Positions 9,830 through 18,459 of a stretch of DNA of 64,000 nucleotides are shown here, piece by piece. The position numbers and the translations under genes were made by a program. The stretch's first letter is position 1; the number at the start of each line of letters is the position of its first letter. The notes beneath the pieces were generated by a model. The model had not been told where the DNA came from and made no database searches. It was given only the letters and a program-made list of their open reading frames with translations. The stretch is from an uncultured Alphaproteobacteria bacterium (lineage in GTDB: Bacteria; Pseudomonadota; Alphaproteobacteria; Rhizobiales; Xanthobacteraceae), in the NCBI GenBank assembly GCA_963833665.1, contig CAWHZA010000062.1:5782-69781 (forward strand), written 5' to 3'.

Positions 9830-11110
9830 GTAATCGGCCGGCGAGCTTGTGGATAGCTGAAGATTTTGGGTGCTGCGCTTCAGGCTGATGGTGGAAACGA
9901 GGTCCGTGCGTACGACCTCAAACATCAGAAGGAGAAGCGCAGCATGGACCATTTTGCTGGACTAGACGTATCGGTCAAGGTGACCAGCATCTGCATTGTG
10001 GATGACACTCGCAAGATCGTTCGGGAGGTGAAGGTTGCGAGCGAGCCCGAGGCTTTGTTGTCGGTGCTGAAGAACCCCGCCTATCACTTCAAGCGAATTG
10101 GATTGGAAGCTGGACCGCTATCGCAATGGCTGTTCGGCGCTCTCGCCGAAGCAGAGTTACCGGTGGTCTGCGTTGAGACGCGGCACATGCAGGCGGTGCT
10201 GAAGGCGCAGATCAACAAGACTGACCGCAACGATGCGCGCGGCATCGCGCAGATGATGCGGGTAGGGCTTTACCGCCCGGTGCATGTGAAGACGTTACGC
10301 AGTCAGAAACTGCGAATGCTGCTGACCCATCGCAAGCTGTTGCAGTCGAAGGCCATCGCCATCGAGAATGACCTGCGCGGTACTTTGCGCAACTTCGGTC
10401 TTAAGGTGGGCATGGTGGGGACGGTGAAGTTCGAGGCCCGCATCAAGGAACTCGTCGAGAGCCTTCCCGACTTGGCGGTACTGGTCGAACCGCTGCTTGT
10501 CGTCCGGCGGGTACTTCGCGAGCAGTTCGTCATCCTGCACCGCCGCCTGCTGGCCATTGTTCGGGATGATGCGGTGTGCCGGCGCTTGATGACGACCCCC
10601 GGTGTCGGCCCCGTGGTGGCGCTGACCTATCGCGCCACCGTCGACGTGCCTGCTCGGTTCCGTAAATCCAAGGCAGTCGGGGCGGTGTTTGGACTGACGT
10701 GCTCCAAGTATCAATCCGGCGAGATCGACTGGAGTGGCAGAATATCACGCTGCGGAGATGAGATGATGCGGGTCATGCTCTACGAAGCAGCCCAGAGCAT
10801 GCTGGTGCGTTCGAAAAGATGGTCCTGGCTCAAGGCCTGGGCGATGCAGATCGCGAGGCGCCGCGGGATGAAAAAGGCGATCGTGGCCCTGGCACGCCGG
10901 TTGGCCGTGATCATGCATCGTATATGGGTTGACGGCACCGAATTCCGCTGGACCCGGGAACAAGCCGCGGCAGCAGCATGAGAGCCGTGCAGGATCAAAT
11001 ACGATAGGAGGAAAACTCGAGTTCCACTGAGCAGTGGAATGATGTCCCTCGCGGGACGATGGATGAGGTGAGATCGTATGTCTGCTTGGACCTACCGTCA
11101 GTCTGACGGC
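9830..11110 (+). mobile_element. IS110-family insertion sequence (ends approximate)
   Basis: Single transposase gene flanked by about 115 bp of 5' and about 130 bp of 3' non-coding sequence. The left side abuts truncated REP-like copy C and the right side abuts the IS1182 remnant. No terminal inverted repeats, as expected for this family. Confidence 0.5.
9944..10981 (+). CDS. IS110 family transposase (DEDD/RuvC-like)
   Basis: MDHFAGLDVSVKVTSICIVDD..., LEAGPLSQW, KTDRNDARGIAQMM, and C-terminal PGVGPVVALTY...SGEIDWSGRISRCGD motifs. The ATG at 9944 follows GGAGAAG. Confidence 0.9.
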   Translation: MDHFAGLDVSVKVTSICIVDDTRKIVREVKVASEPEALLSVLKNPAYHFKRIGLEAGPLSQWLFGALAEAELPVVCVETRHMQAVLKAQINKTDRNDARGIAQMMRVGLYRPVHVKTLRSQKLRMLLTHRKLLQSKAIAIENDLRGTLRNFGLKVGMVGTVKFEARIKELVESLPDLAVLVEPLLVVRRVLREQFVILHRRLLAIVRDDAVCRRLMTTPGVGPVVALTYRATVDVPARFRKSKAVGAVFGLTCSKYQSGEIDWSGRISRCGDEMMRVMLYEAAQSMLVRSKRWSWLKAWAMQIARRRGMKKAIVALARRLAVIMHRIWVDGTEFRWTREQAAAAA

Positions 11111-11208
11111 AAGGCCGCCTCAAAGATTGTTCCACCTCGTCTTGCCAGTAAATCGAAGTAGAGCGAGGGGACGCCCTGCCGTCCGTTGATGCTGACTTGG
11201 TCCGTGTT

Positions 11209-12294
11209 TCATGCCGGCTTTAGGTTCGGTGCCGGTATCAGCTTCGCTAGCTTCCTGAGGTTCTGGGCGGTGGCTGCTAGGAGGAACTCGTCGCGTGCAC
11301 CGTTCGGTCCTCGTAGTCGGAGGCGGTCGAGCTTGAGGATGCGTTTGAGGTGCGCGAACAGCATCTCGATTTTCTTGCGCAGCCGCCGCGATACCCGGCC
11401 TTCCCAAGATTTAGCGATTCCGCGCGCCATGTCGCGGGCGCCTTCGTAGATTGATCGCGGTACGTACCGGGCCGGCTCTTTTGGACAGCATCGGGTTTTT
11501 AAGCGGCAGGCTTGGCAATCGTACTTGCTCGCGCGGTAGCGTAGCGTCGCTCCATCATTCACAGGTGAACTGGTCGTGGTCAGCATCTTGCCGCCAGGGC
11601 AATAGTAGACGTCGCCCGCCTGATCGTAGGTGAAGTCGTCGCGGGAGAAGGTGCCGTCCTGGCGTGTCGATTTGTCGAACACCGTGACATGCGGCTCGAT
11701 GCCGTGCTCATAGACCAACCAGCCGAGCATCTCGGCCGAGCCATAAGCGCTGTCGCCCATGAGCTTGGCCGGATAGAGATCGAAGCGCTGCATCGAGCGT
11801 TCGATCATGTGTTTGGCGGCGAGCACCTCGGCCTGCCGGATCGCCGTGGTTGCCTCGACATCGACGATGATCGCGTTGTCAAGGTCGATCAGATAGTTGG
11901 TCGAGTAGCCAAAGAAGGCTTGCCCACCATGGGCGCCTGTCCAGCGCGCTGCCGGATCAGCCGGCGAGATGAACTTGGGCGTTACTTCGGTCGCCGCACC
12001 GAAGGCCGCGTTATCGAGCACAGCCAGATATTCTTTGACGGCCCGGCCGGTCGCCTCTGCCGGCAGCCCCTTCGCACCTTCGATGCCCTTCTGCCGGTTG
12101 GCATCCGCTCTGATCAGGCTGGCATCAACCGCAAAGGCCTCGCCGCCGACCAGACCTTCTCTGATGCAGCGTTGCAAAACCGTCTCGAAAACCCGGCGCA
12201 GAAGATCGCTCTGACGGAAGCGGCCATGCCGGTTCTTCGAGAAGGTTGAATGGTCAGGCACCTGACCGTCGAGCCCTAATCGACAGAACCATCG
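11209..12294 (-). pseudogene. IS1182-family (IS5-like DDE) transposase, 5'-truncated
   Basis: YRWFCRLGLDGQVPDHSTFSKNRHGRFRQSDLL...GDSAYGSAEMLGWLV...YYCPGGKML...CRLKTRCCP...IEMLFAHLKRILKLDRLRLRG is colinear with IS1182-type transposases. About 100 N-terminal residues are missing. Confidence 0.8.
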
Positions 12295-12650
12295 GTACTT
12301 CTTCATCTTGTGCTTGTCGATCACGGCTCCGACCGCGAGCCCAATCACGCCGGCATCATGCTTTGCGGGCTTGCGTCGCACCTCATTGGCAATGCGGGTC
12401 AGCCGACGTTCGGTCGCCTGCAGAAGCTCCTCGCGCTTCCTCGCGCGCTCCTTGGCCAGCGCCGGATTGCGGCAGGCAACGAGCCGCTCGCCGGGAAGTC
12501 GGGCGAGCTGATCTCGGCCAGGTCGCGGTCGTCAAACAGGGAGAACTGCAACGGCGCAGTGTCCGCGGCGAGCGCGGCGATCTGCGGTGCCCTCAGGCAG
12601 CTGATCCAATCGAGCCCGGCCGGCGCTAGCTCCTCGGTGCCCGAGCTTGC
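12295..12650 (-). pseudogene. IS1634-type transposase internal fragment with a frameshift
   Basis: Reverse-strand translation gives ...EELAPAGLDWISCLRAPQIAALAADTAPLQFSLFDDRDLAEISSPDFP. After a 1-nt shift near 12493 it continues GERLVACRNPALAKERARKREELLQATERRLTRIANEVRR...IDKHKMKK. It runs in frame into the truncated IS1182 gene. Confidence 0.6.
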
Positions 12651-13283
12651 CTAATTCGGCATTTAATTTCGCCAGGAGTTCATCCACCATGCGTGGTCAT
12701 AGTTCTTGAGGTTGATGTCGCCAGCCAGCTTGATCGCCGACAGTTGCGCGTGACGGTAGCGCACCACCTTCTCCGCCGCGCACGGCCTGCATGAAGGCCG
12801 CTTTGGCCCGCCGCCGCTCGACGCGATCCCCAGCCACTCCGCGATTTTGGCCTTGAAATGAGAGTGTCGGATGGCGTGCTCCATCGGTTTCAACGGCACC
12901 GCCTGCTCGCGACCACTTCGATGACAGTCTCGGTTATTCTGCTTCGACGTTGGCGTGAAAGTCGCCGACTTGTGACGTGCGTCACTTTCCAGCTGCTTGC
13001 TGCGCTGCATATTCAATCGGGTGACAACCGTGAGTGTGTGTCATGACCATAGCAAAATCGGAAGACATTCGGTGGATCGCCCGCGGATTGGACGACTCCG
13101 CCATTCTTTTGCGCGTACATGGCATCGAACATCTGGCAGATCAGCTCGATGTAGTGCGGGTAGCGCTGTCAGAATCGGATACATCCGATGCGGACGGTCA
13201 TCAACGCGGGACTCGTCTTCGAAATACCGGCTAAACGGCCGCCTGAAAAGAACGCGCGTCGGGGCGCCGAGGCCGGAGTGGCG

Positions 13284-13430
13284 TCAAGGATTTGTCTTGC
13301 CCAACAGCTCCGGCAAATTGGCGATGTTGGCTGTAACCGCCGCGCCTCGTCGCGCGTCATACGGGAGGCGGCGGGACCTGCTGTTTGTGTGCTGGGCATC
13401 ACAACGATGGCTGAACGGAGGGGGTAATCT
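13284..13430 (-). pseudogene. degenerate paralogue of the small protein at 25393-25596
   Basis: Two reverse-strand frames give ...AASRMTRDEARR and ...ANIANLPELLGK. These match the RSAAHLLARDEARRIAANIAKLPELLQ tail of 25393-25596. A frameshift is needed to join them. Confidence 0.4.
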
Positions 13431-13467
13431 TAGCTCCGGGGATGTCGGTAACGTGAGGAGAGTAGCC

Positions 13468-14254
13468 ATGTCCCGTAAATCGGAGATACGTCGCAGCAAG
13501 ATACCGGTGTTACCGATTGCCTTTGGGATTTCGCTGAGCGCTTTACTACCAGCATCGGTCGCTTTCGCATGTGGCGGTTTTTTAGATGCCAAATGCAATC
13601 TGGAGCATGGTGGACTGAGTCCCGGCAATATCGCAAAACAGACACAAAAAGCCGGTCAGGACGCTGCCAACACCGTGGCAAAAGCCGGTCAGGACGTGGC
13701 CAATGCCATCAACGAACTCCAAGCAAGTGTCCTGAGTGGGCCGACGCTCGAACGAGCGATCATCGCCTCGCACGATACGGCCATCAACGGCGCAATGCCA
13801 ATACCTCCCCTGATCAGACAACAGCTAACGGGCTACGCAAGCGAGGACTCGATGAACCGAGGTCCGGTTCAAGATCGGCGACAACGGCTTTGCCAACCTT
13901 GCGCACCTTTTAGAACAGGGAGGTGCCGCATCGGCCGTTACTTTGATCGACGTCGTTGTCTTTCGTGGTCCAAGTGAGGCGGACGATCTGTCCATCTGGG
14001 CTCATGAATTGACCCATGTGGATCAATACCGGGAATGGGGCGTCCACAGTTTCGCTGTCCAGTATACACGTAATTGGCACAGCGTAGAGGACCCTGCTTA
14101 TGCCAAAGGCAATGGGTATCGAGCGTGGGCCATGAACAGAGGTCCGGTTGGTCCTACGGTTGAGGTCCTCCGGTTGGAGGTCAGGTCCCCCGAGTTGGAG
14201 CTTTCTGTTACACGCCAGCTGGCCGCTTTGGGCCAGGGCCGGTGCAACCGATAG
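13468..14254 (+). pseudogene. DUF4157-type (HExxH zincin-like) exported protein, frameshifted
   Basis: ATG at 13468 after GAGGAG, with a signal/TM segment. The first frame ends ...GYASEDSMNR. The +1 frame continues VRFKIGDNGFANLAHLLEQGGAASAVTLIDVVVFRGPSEADDLSIWAHELTHVDQY, which is the DUF4157 core with HELTHV. The shift is near 13860. The C-terminal frame and stop are uncertain. Confidence 0.6.
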
Positions 14255-14379
14255 GAAATCGGTGTTGGATCAATAATGCTATGGGGGGTCCACCACTGGG
14301 GTCAAATAGGCTTGTGATTAGCAAAGACGAGCCTCTTCTTTAGGTCGAGCGCCAGGGCGCCGCCCAAAGGCGAGCGGCG

Positions 14380-15254
14380 CCCCCGGGAGCGGGGAAACCG
14401 AGAATTGAGGCGGAAGCTCCCCGTTCCGATCACAAACCGCCGGCAGAGCGTCCTCAGTTCCTGCGCCCATCAGGAGGGGCCGAGGCTGCGATTGCCTAGC
14501 CGGAGGCTTCATGCACGCTGGACAGGGCCCTTGCTGGCGGCCGCGCCTCGACGATGTCGATGTCCAATATGTCTGGCGTTTCCTGCGCGCGCAGAAGATC
14601 GACCTCGCCGGGCGCAAATCCTGGTGCGAGAGCAACGATCCCGCGTTCGTCGCCAAAGCCGCCGACGTGGTCGGGCTCTACATGGCACCGCCCGAGAACG
14701 CCATCGTCATCTGCGTTGATGAGAAGCCCTCGATCCAGGCGCTGGAGCGGGCACAGGGCTATCTCAAGCTCCCGAACGGCCGGGCATTGACCGGCCACAG
14801 CCATGATTACAAGCGCAATGGCACCAGCACCTTGTTCGCTGCCTTCGAGGTGGCAACCGGTAAGGTCACCGCCGCGCACAAGACGCGTCGGCGGCGCATC
14901 GAATTCCTCGACTTCATGAATGATATCGTCGCCGCTCACGCCGACACGGCCATTCACGTCATCCTCGACAATCTCGACACCGACAAGCCCAGGAACGATT
15001 GCTGGCTAAGGCGCCACCCCAACGTTCATTTCCACTTCACGCCAACCCGGGCCTCCTGGCTCAATCAGGTGGAAATCTGGTTCTCAATCCTGCAGGGCCA
15101 GTCGCTGCACGGCGCTTCCTTTACCTCGGTCAAACAACTCAGGGAGCACATCGATGCCTTCATCAAGGCTTACAACACCACTGCCGCTCCGTTTGCCTGG
15201 ACCAAGTCAGAGGTCCATCAAAAACGCCTCGAACCACGTTTCGCGCATCGATGA
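14380..15254 (+). pseudogene. IS630-family transposase, N-terminal part degenerate
   Basis: Intact DDE part: SNDPAFVAKAADVVGLYMAPPENAIVICVDEKPSIQALER...YKRNGTSTLFAAFEVATGKV...ILDNLDTDK...FHFTPTRASWLNQVEIWFS. The HTH part is only recoverable in pieces from other frames (for example HARWTGPLLAAA). Confidence 0.8.
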
Positions 15255-15759
15255 TTCCGGGTACTAGCTTGCGGCGTTCATCGCTATCGCGCGTGTCAGC
15301 AAAGCGCCACCGGGTAAGGATGCGATGCTCCTGGGCCGCCCGTGGCCCACAATTTGCAGTTAGTTTTTCTTGGTTGAATCCTTGAGTGATTTGCCCTCAA
15401 GGCCTAGCTCGAGGACGATTTTACGCTCGGCGGATCGGGGATCGTGAATCGAGCGCGCCTCTCCATCGGCGCCGATAATTACCTCGCAGCGCTCGCAAAC
15501 GAGACGGCGGGCGGCGGCGACTCCCTCGCGGCTCTCTTCATTGCCTTCGATACTGAGCGTATTTTCCGCAGTCTGCGCTGCCTTGTATTGGCACCGCACT
15601 CGTGCTCCGAGTTCAGGTCGCCTGTGCGCTTCCTGAAGCGATTGCCCCAAGAAGTGCTCCGGCTCAAATGACAACGTGACGGGTATCGCCATGGCTGGCC
15701 TTCCTTGTGCTGAACTTTCAGACAAGTCATCCATCGCGGGCGGTACGTCATTAGATCGC

Positions 15760-16326
15760 GCGCGACAACTTCCTGTTCGGTCGGCAGTCTTCCTTCCGGC
15801 GTGAGATGATTGATCACTTCCGGCAAGTGCTGGCTGAGACCGGCGAGTAACTGATCGCGCGACAATCCGAGAGTGCGCGATGAGCGTGTTGATCTGATCC
15901 TCACCTAGCGCCTTCGAGAGATCGTTCGGCGAAATCGCCGCCGTTCGGTCCGGTACCGACCCAGGACTTGGCAACCTCGCCCTGACCAGTCTGCTGGAAT
16001 TGTTTGAGTAAGTCGTTCAGACCACCACTCAAAACGCTTCCCGCCGCCCCCGGTAAGCAAGCCGCCCAAACCGCCCTTGAGAAGATCGCCAAGACCGCCG
16101 CCGGCATTCGGCGTTCGTACCTGGCAAGGCGGCAGGGCCGGTGGTACGGCCAGGTATCGCCGGATTAGCGCCCGGCTGGCTGGTGAAGCTTTTCAACGCC
16201 TTGTAGGCCAGCCAGCACCCCGAGTATCGCCATGGTGATAGGCGACATGCGGCCTTTGCTCGCGGTTGGGCTTGGCTGCCCGCGCGGTCCAGGTTGCGTG
16301 CCATTGAGAACGTCGAGCAGTCCCAT
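15760..16326 (-). pseudogene. YidB/DUF937 family protein with several frameshifts
   Basis: Pieces sit in three reverse frames:
- MGLLDVLNG...MSPITMAILGVLAG
- LAYKALKSF
- GGLNDLLKQFQQTGQGEVAKSWVGTGPNG
- AISPNDLSKALGEDQINTLIAHS
- TLGLSRDQLLAGLSQHLPEVINHLTPEGRLP

Together they reconstruct a YidB-like protein. At least four shifts are needed. Confidence 0.65.
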
Positions 16327-16490
16327 ATGTAACCTCCTGAGGGCAAGACCCTATGATAGATCTTCGGTCGCCATGCCACCAATACAAGGCCTCGCACAGC
16401 TCTTGACCTTGCCAATTTCGCTCGAAGACGCCGTGTTTACGTTGATCTAAATCAGTTATAGCTGGGCTTTAATCGCAAAGGCGACCTGTC

Positions 16491-16750
16491 ATGAATATCC
16501 TTTGGATCATTCTTATCGGCTTCGTTGCTGGCATCATCGCTAAATTGTTAGCCCCTGGTCCCAACGATCCGACGGGCTTTATCCTCGCGAGCAGTTCTCG
16601 GTGTCGCGGGCGCATTCGTGGCGACCGTTCATCGGCCAGATGATTGGCTGGTATCGTCTCGATCAAGGCGCTGGTCTCATCGGGGCTACGGTGGGTGCGT
16701 TGATCGTGTTGTTCATCTGGCATCAAGTAGTCTCGCGACGCTCTGTCTAA
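16491..16750 (+). pseudogene. GlsB/YeaQ/YmgE family stress-response membrane protein with two frameshifts
   Basis: MNILWIILIGFVAGIIAKLLAPGPNDPTGFILA (frame 1), VLGVAGAFVATV (frame 2) and IGQMIGWYRLDQGAGLIGATVGALIVLFIWHQVVSRRSV (frame 3) together match the family. Confidence 0.65.
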
Positions 16751-16834
16751 CGACCTGGCATTCGGCCAAACTGCTCCAACCTGCGACGAGGCCCGCCGCA
16801 TCGCCGCCAACATCGCATAAGCAAACCGGCGTGG

Positions 16835-17805
16835 TCACTCGATCACCTCGTCGGCCACCGCAGAATGCTTCGCTGGCACTTCAATACCGAGCGCCTTGGC
16901 AGTCTTGAGATTGATCACGAGATCGAATTTGGTCGGCTGCTCGACCGGCAGATCGCTCGGCTTTGTCCCTCGCAGGATCTTATCGACATAGTCGGCAGTG
17001 CGACGGTACAGGGCTGGAATGTTGGGACCGTAAGACATGAGCACCCCGGCTCGCACGGAATCGCCGGATATGAAGGTCGTCGGCAGTTGTATTTCGCGTG
17101 CAAGCGCAGCAATGTGCGCGCCGCTATGCCGAGCAGAGCGTTTTCAACGATATAAAGTGCGTCCGCCTGGCCTTTGAGGGCATCAAAAACGGGCGCAATA
17201 TCTTCTGCTCGCGGGATCCCATGGGGCGCAACTTCCAGGCCGAGGTTACGAGCCGCAGCCTGAGCATTGCCCATCTCACGCACTGATGCGGGATAGTCAG
17301 CATCAAACATAATTGCCAACCGGCGAAGATTAGGGACAAGCTGACGCAGGAGTTCGACGCGCTTGCTGGCAATATCGGTCGTTGATCGGAAAATCCAGTG
17401 ACGTTTCCGCCCGGTCGCGAAAGGCTTGCGACGAAGCCGCTCCAATCGGATCGATCGCGATTGCAAACACGATAGGGATGGAAGCAGTAGCCGCTTTAGT
17501 ATAGCGACGGCGCCTCCATACGCGACAATGACATCGACCTTTTGCCGCACGAACTCGTCCGCGATATCGGCGACGCGCTCGGTTCGTCCCTCCGACCAAT
17601 GATACTCGATGGCGACGGTGCGACCCTCGACCCAGCCGAGTTCACGCAATCGCTCCACAAACGCAGCGGTCCGTTGAACGAACGCAGAAGCGCTGTCGCC
17701 CATGAAGCCGATGGTCGGCAGCTTGCTCGCCTGCTGCGCCTGCGCGGCCAATGGGTACGCGACCGCCGCCCCGACGAGCATCGTAATGAATTCGCGTCGC
17801 CTCAT
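16835..17805 (-). pseudogene. ABC transporter substrate-binding protein (ABC_sub_bind family) with multiple frameshifts
   Basis: The N-terminus MRRREFITMLVGAAVAYPLAAQAQQASKLPTIGFMG...VAIEYHWSEGR, the middle ATASIPIVFAIAIDPIGA, and the C-terminus GVLMSYGPNIPALYRRTADYVDKILRGTKPSDLPVEQPTKFDLVINLKTAKALGIEVP lie in different frames. Confidence 0.75.
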
Positions 17806-18369
17806 TCGATCACCTTGTCGGCGCGCGCCAATAATGCTTCTGGAACCGTCACACCCATAGCCTTAGCGGTCTTGAGGTTGATCACCAGATCGAATTTGGT
17901 CGGCTGTTCGACCGGGATGTCGACGACCTTGACGCCGCGCAAGAGCTGAACGAGTTGTCGGGCGTGAATGTCTCGAAAGATGTGCATTATGCCGGGTCCA
18001 TAGGCAGCAAAAGCCCCTTCCTGTGCCACGTCTGGATAATCATACATTGCTGGCAAGCGCGGCGCCAAGGCGCGCTCGATAATTAATTGACGAAAGGCGA
18101 AGAACATCGGGCTGCCCAGAACATTGAGCGCCGTAGCGCCGATGTTGTCGCAGTATCGAGGGCAACAGCGATCTCTTGGGCTGAGGCGACGCGGCCTGAG
18201 CATCGTGAAGTGCACCTTGGCGATCGATCATGACAAAAGCATTGTAGAAGCGATCCAATCGATCGATACGATCGAGCGTCGCAGTCAGGATCTCAACGGA
18301 CGAAACCTGCCTCGACTGGTAGAGCGCGACGATATCAGCGGCTGAACTCGAGAGGACGTCTTCGGCCAA
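17802..18369 (-). pseudogene. mosaic of an amidase N-terminal fragment and an ABC_sub_bind C-terminal fragment
   Basis: 18215-18369 encodes an amidase-like N-terminus: SAADIVALYQSRQVSSVEILTATLDRIDRLDRFYNAFVMID. 17802 to about 18110 encodes ...AAYGPGIMHIFRDIHARQLVQLLRGVKVVDIPVEQPTKFDLVINLKTAKAMGVTVPEALLARADKVIE. Confidence 0.55.
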
Positions 18370-18459
18370 TCAGATTTCCCGTAAAGAACCGGGCGAGGCG
18401 GTTAGGCCGCGCCCGGGCTCGTAACGCTGCGTGTTCTGTCAGAACATCCCGATGGAGGA

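Noticed and set aside
12663-13016. 117-aa minus-strand ORF, with a hint of a phage small-terminase-like tail (AAEKVVRYRHAQLSAIKLAGDIN, then in another frame ...DELLAKLNAELGKLG)
   Set aside because: The resemblance is too short and too frame-dependent to call. It is most likely another gene fragment between IS remnants.
12997-13977. 326-aa plus-strand ORF
   Set aside because: It is a composite. The first 470 nt overlap other remnants and look non-coding. Only the part from ATG 13468 (signal peptide) is credible, and that part then needs a frameshift to reach the DUF4157 core.
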